The notes under the pieces were generated by a model. It did no database searches. It saw nothing but the letters and a program-made list of their open reading frames with translations, and was not told the origin of the DNA. Below are positions 1 to 15,300 of a stretch of DNA of 64,000 nt, in pieces (position 1 is the stretch's first letter; the number at the start of each line of letters is the position of its first letter). Origin of the DNA: Glaucostegus cemiculus (Eukaryota). Position numbers and translations under genes: made by a program. The stretch spans positions 25,978,001 through 26,042,000 of the forward strand of contig CDPCPM010000073.1 in assembly GCA_976551045.1 (NCBI GenBank), in the 5' to 3' direction.

Positions 1-242
1 CAAAGTTTATATGTGAATATTGGCCAATTAGGCAGAATACAGAAGGGAAACCAACATCACTGAATCTGCAGGCATCCAATGGTTTTAGGAGAGGAAAAGA
101 TCAAAAGGTAAAAATCACAGTTTAGGGTCTGTCAGACACTGAGATTCTCAACTGAATGAAAACAGTGAAAAATGTTAATTAAAAATTATGGTGTAGAAAA
201 GTAAAAACACTTTAAAGGAATACAATAAAGCCTCAAACTTAC

Positions 243-321
243 ATTAATAATGTGCTCTTGTAAGAGTTTTGCCATCATTTTACGCCCATCTATAATTTGC
301 CAATACAGGTAGATAATAGCA
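243..321 (-). CDS. TMC5: TMC5 exon ([26 protein letters not shown])
   Basis: 79 nt, phase 2-0; donor gtaagt. Confidence 0.95.
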
Positions 322-3300
322 CTTGAGAAAACGAGAAAAGGGTATTAGCAGTGTTACTTGAATTTAATTGTTTTATGATACATAGGTAGTTGGTTCATGT
401 CTAGAACCACAAACACCGTGGTATAGTATAAAAGATACTAATTAATTGGATGCAAGTTGTGTGTAATTTGACACCATATTATCAATCCTTTGGCAGAAAT
501 ATTTTGTTAATTCAGAGGTACAGCCATGCAACAATGGAAGTGTATTTTAAAAGTAAAGACATAATCTGAATACCAAGCACATTAAAATCAAAAACTGTTA
601 ATCACCGCCTACAGCTGGTTCCATGGATAGTTGTCTCAAACTAACTTGTACCCCTCCTGAAATGGGTTCCACTCCTACCCTAACCAACCATTTCCATAAT
701 GTTTCAGTTTCCTTCCTGACCTTCTCCTAATCTTTTCTACATGCTGCCCTTCAGTTACATTCTTGGAAGGACCTAGTCTGCTTCATATGTTAAAGACAAC
801 CTGGAATTCTGTACTTCCATCACCTCATTTACCTCTAATCAAGCAACATGGTGTTTGATGGCTTTTTAACAGCATTAAAGGGTCAACACACTTTTTCCAA
901 TTTAACATCGGCATGAGTAAAATAAGTATGGTAGCTTAGCGATTAGCGTAATGCTATTACAGCACCAGCGACCCGGGTTCAATTCTGGCTGCTGTCCATA
1001 AGGAGTTTGTACGTTTTTCCCCATGTCTGCGTGGTTTTCCTCCAGGTGCTTTGGCTTTCACCCACATTTCAAAGACATACGGGTTAGGAGCTGTGGGTAT
1101 GCTATGTTGGTGACAGAAGCATGGTGATACTTGCAGGCTGCCCCCCCAGAACATTCTATGCAAAGATGCATTTCACTGTGTGTTTCGATGTACGTGTGAC
1201 TAAAAAAGAAGTTTTTAAAAATCTTAAATGACTGTATAGAATGACCAAAATCTCCACTGCCCAATAATGAATTTATTTCCTCCTCCATGTTTTCAGTCAG
1301 GTTGAACCTAACAGAACCTCTGTACTTTGAGATTCAGAACAGACATTTGAACCGCATGTCATTTTCATTATGAAAGATGTCTATTTCCACATTACGAAGG
1401 CACTAAACATCCCATCCCCATGAAACTGAACCATAGCAGCTTAGAGTGATTGTTGTGAAAAAAACATGTCAGGATGCTTTGTAGTAATTCACAAATTGTT
1501 GGGAAGACAAGTAATGTGAAAATTAATACAAGGTAGGCTTTTAAGAAAGTCAAAGAGGAGAAGTCAGCAAGACAAAGTTTTGGAAAAGGGAACTGAAATG
1601 ATTACGGCCTATTGATTAAAGGCACATACACCGATGGTAAACTGAAGAAAGGTGGAAGAATGCGTAATTATTGAAAAAAGTGTAAAACTAGATAAAGTTA
1701 CATAAATAAGCAAAGGCTCAACAAGATTTAAAAACAAGAATTTTAAATCTTAAGTATTGGGGACTGGGAGCCAATGAAGATCAATGATGACAGGAATAAT
1801 AAATGAATTGGATCCGGAATAGAACAGGATATGGGTGGTACATGCTGAAGTTTATTGAGGGTGAAAGATGCAACTCCAGACAGGAAAGCTTTGGTAACTT
1901 TTAAGTGAAGGGTGACAAGGGCATGGGTGACCTTTCAGCAAGAGATAGGTTGAGGTAGTGGCAGAGATAATTCAAAGTGGTAACAGAAGGATGTTCTTGT
2001 GATGAAGAGGATATGGAATTTAAAGCCTAGCATGTACTTGTGAACAGCTTGGGTCAGCCGGATATAATGCCTGTGGAGAAAGATGTAATTGGTAGCAACC
2101 GGAAGGAACTTCTAGTAGGAGAAGAACCAGGACTTTGCTCTCTCCCACTTTCAACTGGAGTTCATTTCATGTCATCCAAAACTGGATATTGGACAAGCAA
2201 ACTCACAGCACTCTGGCACTAGAGGACTTGAACCAATCGGCAAAGGAATAGAGTTAGGTGGTGGTTGAAATCACTAAATGTAAGCAGTCACTCAGCGAAG
2301 GAAGATCTTGGTAAGAACTTGTGATAGCTTGGTGGATGTGGTTTACAGTCACTTTGCATCAAGATAACTAAATAACCTTGGATAAAATGTCAGAACATCA
2401 GAATCTTGGTTAAAACATCAGAAGATCTTCAGTTCGAAACATTAACTTTGTTTCTTTCCACAGGTGCTGCCTGAACTTATTCAATGTTTTTAGCAATCTC
2501 TGTTTTTATTTATTATTTCAGATTTTCAGTATCTGTATTGGTTTATTATTGTCACATGTTCTGAGATACAGTGAAAAGCTTTTGTTTGAGTCCCATCGAG
2601 TCAGATAGTGTCATACATAAGTACATCAAGGTAGTAAAATGAAAGAGACTGTAGAATATAGCATTGCAGTTACGGAGAAAGTGCAGTGCAGGTAGACAAA
2701 CAAAGTGCAAGGGTCATGACAAGGTAGACTGAGAGATCAAGAGTTCATCTTTTAGCATATGCGAGGTCCATTCAAGAGTCTGATAACAGCAGGAAAGAAG
2801 CTTTCCTTGAGCCTGATGGCACATGCTCTCAAATTTTGTTATCATCTGTCCGAAGGGAGAGGGGAGATGAGAGAATGACTGGGGTGGGACGGGTTCTTGA
2901 TTATGTTGGCTGCTTTCCCGAGGCAGTGGGAAGTGTAGATGGAGGGGGGCTGGTTTACGTGATGGACTGGCTTACATTCACAACTTTGTTATTTCTTGCA
3001 GTTCTGAGCAGAGCAGTTACCATACCAAGCTGTGCTGTATCCAGATAGGATGCTCTCTATGGTGAATCTGTAATTGATTTTCAATCCAATAATTTGCATT
3101 GATAATTTAACATCAATTAGCAATATCGAATTCACCTTTTGATAGCTGCAAGAAAGTCTTATGGAGCTACAACAGAAAATTTACTACTGAGTTATTTTAT
3201 CATCGGATATGTGCCTCATACTTACAACACAATAATTGTTAAGATGAAGAAGAATAGTGGGTTCACAAGCAAGTTGTCATAGATCCATATAAGCCCTTCC

Positions 3301-6300
3301 AGTTTATAAATCTTCCCATGAATAAATCTAGAAATGGAACTATAGGGTACACTTAATCCTCTGAAGGGGCCACAGAATTCAGAAGGCCTCAATCTGAAGA
3401 AAAGATTTCAAAATATATAATTAGCAAAACAGCAAATACAGAAATGATAATACACTGATAGAATACCCACTTTGGGCATAATGCATATCAAGGACTGCTT
3501 CAATGTACTTCTTCTGATTTAATCTGTATCTTAACATATCACCTGCAGGTAGAAAATAACAATATAATTATGTCTATTACATAGGAATTTAATTACTTCT
3601 TAATTATCTTGAACACTTATGTCAGTTTCCAACACTTGTATCATAAGTATCATGAACAGAAACATCATCAACTTGGCCGTAATATGCAAAAATAAGATAA
3701 ATCAAATGGGCCATAATTTTCTGTCAAAATATTGCGGCTCATGGTGCTTTTGTTTACTGAAATGCAAATGAAATTACAGGCTGACGTGCAGTTAAATTCA
3801 ATATCCAAAAACGGCAGTCTGAATTGGTAAAGCAGTTGGCTTCGCAAAGACAGTATTTTGCTGTGTGGCACACAACTGACTTGTCTTCAGAGGTGCTGTT
3901 GCTGCATTTGCACAGCATATACAAAATAACTTTGCCACAGACAGTTTTTACACTAGCTGGCTGTGATTTTCTAATGTTTGCGTATTGCATTAAAATTATC
4001 ACTGACTCCTTATTCTCAAATACTCAGATCTTGTTGCCTTAATAATCTGTAAATCCATCATAATAAGTAGTTTGAGCCTTGGTAGAATATGTTTTTAAGT
4101 GCTGTAACTGTACCAGAATTACATTTAATGTGCATACTACATTTGGAGATGTAGCCATTATGGATTCAATAATTACAACATATTATTGGAAGAAAATTAA
4201 AAACAAAAACAAAATGTAAATGCTGGAAACTTAAAACATAAACAAAGTTACATAGTATCACCAAGGATACCTGGGGCAAAGACAGAGCATTTGATCCAAC
4301 CAATCCATGAATCATAGAATGTAGAAGCATAGACTGGCTCTGTATAACAGCAATCCAATGAGTATCATTCTCCCACTCTCTCTCCCATAGCTCTGCAATT
4401 TTTTTTTCCTTTCAGATACTTATCCAGCTATCTTTTGAATGTTACAATTAAGTGTACCCCCACCACTAACCTTGCAGTATAGTCCAGACCATAACCACAG
4501 CCACTCACTGCAGAAGAAAACATTCCTCCTGTCACCTTTTGTTCTTCTGTCAATCATTTTCATTTTACTTTCCCAAGGAAATTCTGGGCTTTGCTATCTT
4601 AGTTGCCACTTTTTCTCTTCCTTTCATTTAAAGCAAGTTCAATGAAAAGGAGTGAGGATCAAATTTAACTAAAATCTTAGGAAGAATAAAAATGACTTAC
4701 TGCCATTTTAGTGGTTACCTATTAAAGTGGAGAAAAATCTAATACCGTTCATTGAAAGCTTTCTCCCCATCCCTCCGAGAGATAATGACATCTGGTTTAA
4801 TGCTGTGCACATCATTCTCTTTCAGGGCATTCCTTATCATTGATGTGATTGGAATAATGTAGCAGGGACATGGACTGTGCTTGAAACTTTTAATATTGAC
4901 AAGAAAATTGTTTCTTTTTAAGCCAAGCATATTTGTCCACTGTAGGAATGCATGATATTAGAAAACAGAATGAGTATTCCTATCAGACCTTCTCTTTATA
5001 TGCACATAATTAATTAAAGTGTGCAGCAAACCTCCAGGAAGTACATCAATAATGCTAATCATGCTACATTAGGTTAAAAAAAATGCAACCTACCTCCACA
5101 CAGTTACACCTATCAGGCAAAGAACCCCAATAAAGGCAGGAAAGAACAACAGGAAAATGAAGATTGTCGTCATGTGGGAAGCTCGCCAGGCCATGCGAGG
5201 TGGCTGACAATTCATCATTAGGCTAACCTGAACACAAAGTCATATCTATTATTCAACTATTTCTCAAATGTCATGTTATTTCCAAGCTACTGTTAATACA
5301 CAAGGATATGTTACATTTAATAAGAAATGCAGGTGTTAACACATGCAATAAAATATAATATATGCTAACTTTAATAATGACTAATGCCACATATTTAACA
5401 TCGAGTTAGCAACAACTAGGTATTTCTATGATGTCTTAGAATAAGTAGTAAATGTAAACAGCTTCACAATTTCAAGACATGTACAGTTGAGAATACTTGT
5501 GTGTTAAACAGGATTATGCAAAATTGTTTTTAGGAATGAAAATTCTAGTAATCTCTCAGATACTGTAGCCATCGATGTCTATCGACACATTATGGAGTAG
5601 AAATTCATCTTTGGTCTCATGCATTAAGATGCAACATAATCCTGGTTGTGTGTTGCTTAGTGTTTCTTAAATTTAGTCACTTGAAGTCAAAGGAAACAAA
5701 TTTCAGAAGCAGAACACAGCACAGAGCCATTCAAACTCTCAAGCCTGCTCTGCCATTTATTCACTGTAACCTTGACTCCACATTCCTATCCAGACATGGT
5801 AACCTTTCATTCCCCTAATTACCAACTATTCATTTGCCTCTGTCTCAAAAATATTCAAAGACTACTTTGACATTTGTTTCATCTGCCTTAAATGAGGACC
5901 AAATGAAACTAAAATCTTCGGAAGAATAAAAATGACTTTGTTATTTTTTTAATGGTTACCAAATAGAGGTGGAGAAAAATCTCATTGAAAGCTTTCTCCC
6001 TATCCCTCTGATAAATAATGACATCTGGTTTAATGCTGTGCACATCATTCTCTTTCAGGGCATTCCTTACTATTGATGCAACTAGAATAATCTAGCAGGG
6101 ACATTATTTATTTAACCAGTGGCCCATATGTCTAGATTCTCCCAGCAAGAAATATCACCTGTATGTTAGAACCTTCAGGATCTAATATTTCAATCAAGTC
6201 CCCTTTCAGTCTTCTCAACTCCAGATATAAGCCTAGTCTGTACAACCTCTCCTCATACGATAACCCACCGTTTCAGAATTTAGTCTCATAAACCTTCTCG

Positions 6301-9300
6301 GAAATGTTTTCAATGTATTAATATCCTTGCTTAAAGGAAAAGATCAACACTGTATATAGTATTTCAAATGAGGCCTCACCAATACCCAATGTAACCAAGC
6401 ATATTCTCAACATTTTCATAAAATGAAAATAGAAATTACTAGAAAAAATATCAACAGGTCGGATAGCATCAACAGAAAGAGAATAAGTTAATGTTTCAGG
6501 TCAAAGATGTTTCCTCAGAATTCCTATTTTCATAGTCAATTATCCCTGCAATAAACACTGAAGTTCAGTTAGCTTTTCTAATTTCTTCCTGTGCCTGCAC
6601 ACCAGCCTTTGCATTTGTGTGTTAGGACAACCCGATCACTTTGTATCTCAGAGCTCTACAATCTCTCACTATTTAAATAATACACGATTTTTTGTTCAAT
6701 TCTCATGCCAAAATGGACAATTCTACATTTTTCCATATTATTCTCTGTTTGCCAGACTTTGTCCATTCACTTAACTCTCTATTCCCATTGTAACCTACTT
6801 ATGTCCTCTTTGCAACTTATGTCATTAGCATATTTAGCAATCATACCTTTGGTTCCCTCATCAAAATCATTTATAATATTGTTAAAGCCCCAGCACTATC
6901 TCTCTGGCACATCACTCTTTACATCTTGACATCCAGAAATAGACCCATTTATGCATGTTTTAATTTCCAATAGCCAGCCAATGGTTTATGCATGCCAATG
7001 TGTTACCTCCCATACCTTGACCTTTTATTTTCCTCAATAATATTTGATGTCGCAACTTATTTGAAACTGAATTCCATCCCCCCCCAAACCATTTGACTTT
7101 GCCCAACTGTCCTCCTATGAAGTTTTAAATAATAGTTTCTAACATTTTCCCAGCAACAAATGTTAAGCTAATTTGAACTCTTGTTTCCTGCTATATCTCC
7201 CTTTTTTTGAATACACGGAGAAGATAGTTGAACAATAATTAAACATATTCCCCACGGCTGTCCAATCCCCACAATATACTCTTACTCACATGTGATGTGA
7301 GCATTACTTGGTAAAACCCATCTATTGTTATTGTTTCTCACAAATTGCAAGTATCCAAACAATTGTGTCATCTATACAATAAACGATGAGGAAGTAATTT
7401 CCTCCAAAGAGATTGACCGACTAGACCGTCCTCAAAAGGAGAGTGGAAGATTATAGGTATGGATTATAACTAACAAGATAGTACTGTTCATAAATTATAT
7501 TTCATTTTGACATTAAATCAACAAGAGTGAGAGGTATGTATCACGTAGGTTGATGCCATTTAATTCTGTCACCTGTTATAGTGACTGGGAAACTTAATAT
7601 CCAGTGCCAGCAACTATTGAATGAAAATGGTTGGAGGATCAAATCCTATTTTCTGCCTTTCCCTCCTATTCTGTGCTCCTAGCTCCTGTATAGACCAATT
7701 AAAAGTCTGTTACAAATTGACAGTAGGAACAAACTCATGAATGTGGCATCACACTTCTGCCACTTATCTCATGGACAACTCTCACCAAAATTTCTTTACT
7801 TAATTGAGGAGCTTCTTTCTCCCATAAGCAAGGACAAGCATTTCCTTACAAACCCCCTAAGCCTTGGTATCACATCCAAGGAGCATTACCAGAACTAGGA
7901 GCAGCCTTTTAAAGGCGGCACTTTTATCCACCAATTTCTACAGTTCTCAACTCCAAAATCCACCAAAAAAAAACCCTGTTTGTGCAGTCCTGTTCAATAC
8001 TGGAATTGGAATCCACTTCTGTAGATCATCATCATTCATAATCACACTGATTGGCTGGGATGTTGGAAGCGGAACTACACCACAATAGGTTAGGTTAAAA
8101 AGCCATTACAGGCTCTCTCTATTACCTCCTACTCTCCGCATGTTAAGAAATTAAAATTCAGACTGCAATTTTTACAGTAGCCACAGTTCCAGGAAGTTAA
8201 AATAAATTGTAATAATTAACTATTTACCATACCTTTTTAACATGAAATATAATGAAGAACTTAATGATCTGTATTGCTGGTAAAAGAGGTGCAAAGAAAA
8301 GTCCAATCCTAAAAAAATAAACAAAGAACATTGGTAAATACAGAGTACTGAAAGTGCATAAATCTATGGACTTTTTAAAAAAGTATCTCATGTATGTCTA
8401 CTCACCATCCAAGCGTTTGTGCATAGATCAATGCTAATACATTCCTTGCGATGTCAAATTCTGGTATTCCAAGTTTTGGGCAGCAATGTGTCCCCATGAT
8501 GCTGAAACAATTTTAGAAATCAAGAGTTAAGTTGTTGATATTCCATTAAAAATATTGATTGCTGTGTCATTCCAGGTAATTTCAAAAATTACCATTATAA
8601 CTATCAATTGCTTGTTGTCATCAACTATTGTCATTGTAATTAATGCTTATCGTCAATTGTAATGGCTTATTCCAGCATAAATTGTAGGTGCCTGGATGAA
8701 GTTTCCTAATGAACTGAGACTCAGGGGTTGGGATAGAGACCAGTAGGTGATAAATGGAACTAGATGGAGAGGGGATGATGAACAATTTTATTGCTCCATT
8801 TACGCACGTTGTATAACTCTGCTCACATGGACAGTGTGAATTGTTCCTGAGGATACTAGGCTGAGGGGGGAAGGAGTTTGGGAAGGGAAGGGGTTAAGTG
8901 GGCAGGTAGGCGAGGAAAAACAGTACTGGACTTCATCCACCTTTAAAAGCAATAATTGTTTAACATTTCATTTAATTACAGGTTTGCAGCAATTAATATT
9001 TTAAGCGCAACACACTTGTCAAACCTCAAGGCGTACCTTCGAATGAATTCCCCAAAGAAGGAACTGAATAAGGAGAAGATAAAGTCAGTCACTACAAGTC
9101 GATAGAGATCTTGACCTACGAATGTTTCCCAACACTGTCAAGTAAACAAATGTCACACTTGAAATAAAATTTTGACAGGTAAAGTTTAAATCTCAAATAC
9201 TTATAGACAGTTTAGTTATGAATTGGATTGTAGTTAGAATGACAAATTGTAGAAAACAGAGCATACCTCCACTGTATCTGCTACTATCACCAACCAATAG

Positions 9301-12300
9301 TAACACAGAACTCCAATCATAGACATTTTCAGCAAAACATTTCTGTTTGGAGAAGAAATGAATACATTCACTATTAGTCAAACTTACTTCACACAGTAGT
9401 ACCTTAATCTCAGATTCATATTCTTCTACTAAGTGGAAAAAATATGGAGGTGAGTACAACTGGTTGCTGATACACTTGCTAGTGACAAAAGAATTTCTCC
9501 CCTAAAGGTTCTGTACAGCAATCCAGTAACATCACCTGAAATTGCTGAACTCAGTATTGAGTTCCAAGGGCAGCAAAATGCCCAGATGCTATGATTTGGT
9601 GCTGTTTCTCAGGCTTACATTGGCCCTCAATGAAACAGTGTAGGAGGCCAAGGACTGAAAAGTCAGATCGGGAATGGGATGGAGAATCAAAGCGATTAGC
9701 AATTGAGAGAATGTAGAAGTTCTGCCAAGTGGTCACCCAATATGGGTTTGGTTTTTCCAAATGATCAAATCCATATTGAGCTCACTGAATGCAACTGAAT
9801 TACTGCTTACCTTGGAAGGACTGTTTGGGTCCCTGGATAGTGGGAAGTGAAGAAAAGGACAAGTGTTGCATCTCCTAAGACTGCATGGAAAAGTGAAGCA
9901 AGAAGAGTAGTTGGAGGTGACAGAAGAGCAAACCAAGCAATTGTGGATAGAATGGATTGAATGTGGTTGAAATTGTGGAGGAAGATCAATCAAAAGTTGA
10001 GGCAGGTGGGATGGATGGGAGACCCTGCCCCTATTCTGGCTGAGATAACATGGCATGAGAAAAGTGTGGGAAATAGAAGAGATGGTTGAGAGCCATCAAC
10101 CATGGTGTGAGGGAAGCCACGGTAGGGGTTCCGCTCATCTTCATCTTCCATCCTACTAGCGTCCTTATTCAACAGAGCAGTGGCAGAACAATGGTATGGC
10201 TGGTAGAGCTGCAACCCTCAGCTTCAGAGGCCTGGGTTCCATCTTAGACTTGGGTACTGCCTATATGGAGTTTGCACATTCTCCAAGACTATGGCACTTT
10301 CCTCTGGGTGCTCCAATTTCCTCCCACATCCCAAAGATGTGCAGTTGATAGGTAGGCCACTGTCAATTGCTCCCATGTAGGTGGCTAGTAGAATTGTTGG
10401 CAATGTTGGGGAGAATAGCTTACTGGGAAAACTAGTGGGGAAAGGAATTGCTCTGTGAGCCAGCACAATGAAGGTAGCAATTCAGCTTATCGAATATTTC
10501 CTGCCAACATATAGGTTACCTTCTATAATATCTACCATCAACAGAATTTCTATCCTGCTTTTTCATCCTCCCGAAGGATGTTTGGTCTTCCATCTCCACC
10601 AACCACACCCCTTCTCAGGGCACTTTCTCAAGCACTCAAGGGTGCTAAACCTACCCTTTTACCTCTCTCCTCCCCGTCATCCAGGGATTCTACGTGAAGC
10701 AGCAATTCACTTCCACATCTTCCACAGTTTAGTGTATTGCATGCAGTGCTCACTGTGGTCTCTTCTACAATCAAGAAACTAAGCAGGTTGGGTGATTACA
10801 TTGCAGAACACTTCCTTCAGACCACAAGGATGATCCCAAGGTTTCAACTACGTGTCACTTTAATTCTTTGTCCCATTCCTACCTATGTCTCTGGTCTTCA
10901 ACACTGTTCCAACAATGGTCAACATAATCTTGAGTAACATTTCACACTGGATCTTTGCAACCCTTGGAATTCCATATTGAATTCAACAATTTCAGGTATT
11001 CAGCCTTTCCCTGTTTGTGTTGGAACTGATCAGCTCTGATGTAATGTAGACTTCTGGCAACCACTGAATTCTGCATTACCGTTCCAACATATTCTTTTGT
11101 TGCTTTTCTCACACCAACATCCAGCTGGCAAGATAATGTTGCCTGGGAATCTTTGACCTCTATCCTATAACAGAACTTTTCTTTTGTTCTCTCCATTCTT
11201 TCTCCTCTCTGTAACTTAAAACATGCTTATTTTCTCATGTTTCCTGTTCTTATTGAGGGTCATTGACCTGAATTGTTGAGCTGTCTTTCTCTACAGCTGC
11301 TGCCTAAACTGCAGAGTATTTCCAGCATTTATTGTTTCAGTAATTTAAATGTACAAATTTGATTGCTTTAAAACATTAACCAAAATCATCAGAAAACCAA
11401 ACAATGTTGTCCTTAAAGTTAATTTCCAAGGCAATTGTTAACACCAAAAATTTTATTTGATGGAAAAGTACCTTATAATAAGGACGTATATCTCATGCCA
11501 TGGATATTTGAATCTTTCCATAAAGCCAAGGAAAGAGAAGAATAATGGTATGAAGAGATTGATGCTTGCCACCAGAAAAGGCAAAAACAATGTTGCTGCT
11601 TGCTTTTGTAATTCTTCCTTAGTTGGATCTTTTTGAACAACCTATAGAAATATAAATTAAATGCTATTATTTTGCATTTTTAGAAGTTTAGAATACTCTA
11701 ATATATTATGCATCTTGCAACTATGATCTGAATACATTTTAGTTTCTCATACATCACAAACAACCTTTTAGTCCTTAGTGCATAGATTAAACTGTAATAG
11801 AAAAAGTTTCGATCCAGCAGATACCAAAAGTCAGCTCAGTTGCAGGCTTCTTTCTTCTCATCAGCAGACACTAACCCGAGTCTACGTTTACTGTTTTGTA
11901 TCTTTTAATCTTTCCCTGAAGAATAGGTTAAGGTAGTATGGGAATTCATAGGTTGATTAACCACCTGATAGGCCAAAGCATTAATGCTCCTATGATCCCG
12001 TAAAAATCTTTCTACTAGTTGATATGATGGTTAATCTAACAAGGTCAGGATGTTTTACAGGCTCATGCATTCATGCAATGCAGAGGGTCAAATACAGTCC
12101 ATATGACGAAAAAGGAACAAGAATGCCCAGGTTCGAGAGCCAGATCGCTTCCTTTTCTTACTCTCATCTAATTTAAATAATTCGCAATAACTAAGTTCCG
12201 ATAGCTGTTGAGGATATCTGCCTTTTATTCCATATCAGAATCTGCATTCACAGAACAATCCTATTTATTGAATGACTCAGCTTTGTTTTGTATTGCATAA

Positions 12301-15300
12301 TTCCATTAGCCTATAGTTAAGTTCCTAATTTTCCTGCTTCTTTGACTTCATCCTTGCCTGGAAATGAGAATATACTGAGAAGACAATTGTGTTGCAAATT
12401 TCTATCATTCACTTTACCATTTAATCTTAAATGCAAAGGGCTATCATTAAATTTCTAGCTAGACCCCAAAGCATCTCCAGGTTATTTTCAATGCGAGTGC
12501 ACCTTTGTAATTTGCTCTAAGGATGCACGAAATAATGATCATGACATCTCAAGATGCCTTGAAAAAACATAAAGCCTTTAACTTTCTGATAATTAATCAC
12601 ATGGTTGGAAACATTCTATGGTAGCAACTTCCTTTCCTCTTTTAAAAAAAAGTGAACTATTTCAGATTTTGTGACCAACCAGAACTTTTTATGGTAATTA
12701 TTTGTAGTGCTCTCCCCAAACTGATCATATTTATTTAATTTAATTTTTTTCCATTTGTAGGAACTCTACTGCACAAATTCACTCTAGAAAAAAAGAACAA
12801 ACATTTTCTTATTCTGGAGTATCTTAGAATTAACTTCAAAGATAAGGAAAGCATAGTTATCATAAAATATTACCCACATTTCATTCCACTACAGCATCTG
12901 AGGTTCATTACTTGTTTAAAACCATAACAGTTAAGCTTTTATCTGAAATATTTATTAATGCTTTAAAAACCCATTAAATTTGGTCTTGAAGAATTGTCTG
13001 ATGCAAACTGCTTATATTATTCCAAATAACAAATGTACAAATTGTAAGCAAAAATTTGCTGGTCAATTTCAAGTTTCCTAATAAAAATCCAGTGTCACTA
13101 CACTTGGCACATTTCAAACTCAGATTGTTCTGATGCACAACACATTAAATAAAGCCTTGCTCTGCACATGTAGATAAGAGTCATATAGCAAAGAAATGGA
13201 CACTTCAGCCTACATGTCCATGCTGACCATTTTGTCCATCTACACTAATCCCATTGCTGCACTAAGTCTGTCCTTGCCCATTCAGCAGCCTATGTAAGTG
13301 CCTCTTAAACATAGTAATTAAATCTGATTCTGCCACCTCCTCTGACAGCACGTTGCAGATATCAAGCAATCTCTGTGCAATAATGTTCTCCTCAAATCCC
13401 CTTAAAACTCCTTCCTCTTGCCTTAAACCTACAAGATTAATCTTGCCCACATCACATGGCAGTTCATATCAGAGTTCATAAAACTTGACATTGCAAAGTT
13501 GTTTAAGGCTACATCTTTAGATTTGGCGTCATTAATAACTAAACTTCAGACCTTCATAAGGGAATTAAGTAAAATGCTCATGTTCATGATAAAGTTCAAT
13601 CAATGTTACTAGTGCTATGATTAAGGAAAGTCAAATTTTAAAAACAATTTACCATTAGTTCTTTATGAACAAAACAACTATAGCTATACTTTTTCTACAT
13701 ACTCACTCTCCATAATCTAGATGTTTGGGTCTGCTTTTCTGTTCTACCTGTCAATGAAACCTCTGCAGCCTTTTGCTTAGTTGGAACAAGATCTTCCCCA
13801 GATTCCAGTTTCTGAGTTAACCAATTTAGCCAGAATCGAAAGTGTACTTGTTTTCCTAAATACTCTATGCAGACCGTCCTACCAGCTCTGTATATGTAAT
13901 GCCAGAGTTGCTAAAGCAGAAAGAAAGTATAGATTAACAGGTCACGTATCTTCATGATGGGTCTGGGAATTTTCTGTTGCAAACTGCTTATTACACTTGC
14001 TGACAAAATACAGAAGTCAGCACTGTTTTGAACATATAGACAAATGGGAAAACATTTAAGAATTTCAATAAGTGAAAATGAAAAAAAAAACTGCAGATGC
14101 TGGAAATCCAAAATAAATAAAAAAAATACTGGAAATACGCAGCAGGTAGGTTACATCTGTAAGAAGAGAAATAGAGTTAATGTTTCAAGTTGAAGACCCT
14201 TTGTCAGTATGTTCTGTTGGAGGGTCCTTGAGCTGAAACATTAGTACAGATGAGGCCTGATGTGCCGAGTACTTACGGCGCTTTCTGTTTTTATTTTAGA
14301 GTTTCACTTTGGTGAGATGTAGTGTACAATTTGTTTTATCTTTCTCTTTATATCTGGGGAAAATGGCCTAAACTTCCGGTGATCAGTTTAAAGGGCTATT
14401 CAAGGGAAGCTCTACAAAATTATTTTGTGTTAGTTTCTGGATAGCTAGTTGCTACAAATGAAGCCATCTTTCTTTGAAACAATTAGATTAGCCTAAACCC
14501 CAGAGTTAAATTTGAGTGCATCAGGGATTTTTATTTTATCAATAACCAGTGGTCACGATGTCAGTATATGATTTTCTGGCCTTCCGTCCTATGCAAACAA
14601 ACATTTCTTCATGCATTTCTATTACTAAATGTTCTAAAATTTTCTGACTTTATTGTGGTGATCATCTTTTAGTGAATGAACAACTCTTATTTAATAATAA
14701 GACCATTTACCAAAAAAATCTAACTCGAAGTAGAGTTTATCGTCATATGCACAAGTACACGTACACACAGGTGCAATGAAAAAGCTTACTTGCAGCAGTA
14801 TCATAAGCACATAGCATCAGATACACAAAATTCACGAGAAAAACAAATTATACATAATTTTTATAAGAAAGAACACAATTAGAGCCAAAAAAAGGTCCAT
14901 TATAGGGCAAAGTGATCAGAGTATTGCTATACTGAGGTAGCGATTAAGGTTGTGCAGTTTGGTTCAAGAGCCAAATGGTTAAAGAGAAGTAGCTGTTCTT
15001 GAATCTGGTAGTGTGGGACTTCAGGCTTCAATTAAATCAATGAATCAATGAAAGACGGTTGTTCATGACAGGAATTACTATTGGGATTGGCTGTATTTGA
15101 CTAATCTTTTTAAAATGATTTTGACATACAAAGTCAATGTTTATTTTTACCAATTTGAACTTCATTGATAAAGTTCAAGCAATTATGATGAAGGAATGTC
15201 AAATATTGAAAAGAATTTACCATTAATTCTCTAGAGTTTAACAAAATAACTGCAGCCATACTTTTCTTTCTACATTCTCGCTCTCCATAACCTAGGTGGT

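Noticed and set aside
927-1000. tRNA gene-like A/B boxes (also at 31292 and 49983)
   Set aside because: These are SINE heads, not tRNA genes.
9388-9459. [18 protein letters not shown] with a gtaagt donor, resembling a duplicated TMC exon
   Set aside because: Similarity is weak, there is no clear acceptor, and the gene model is complete without it.
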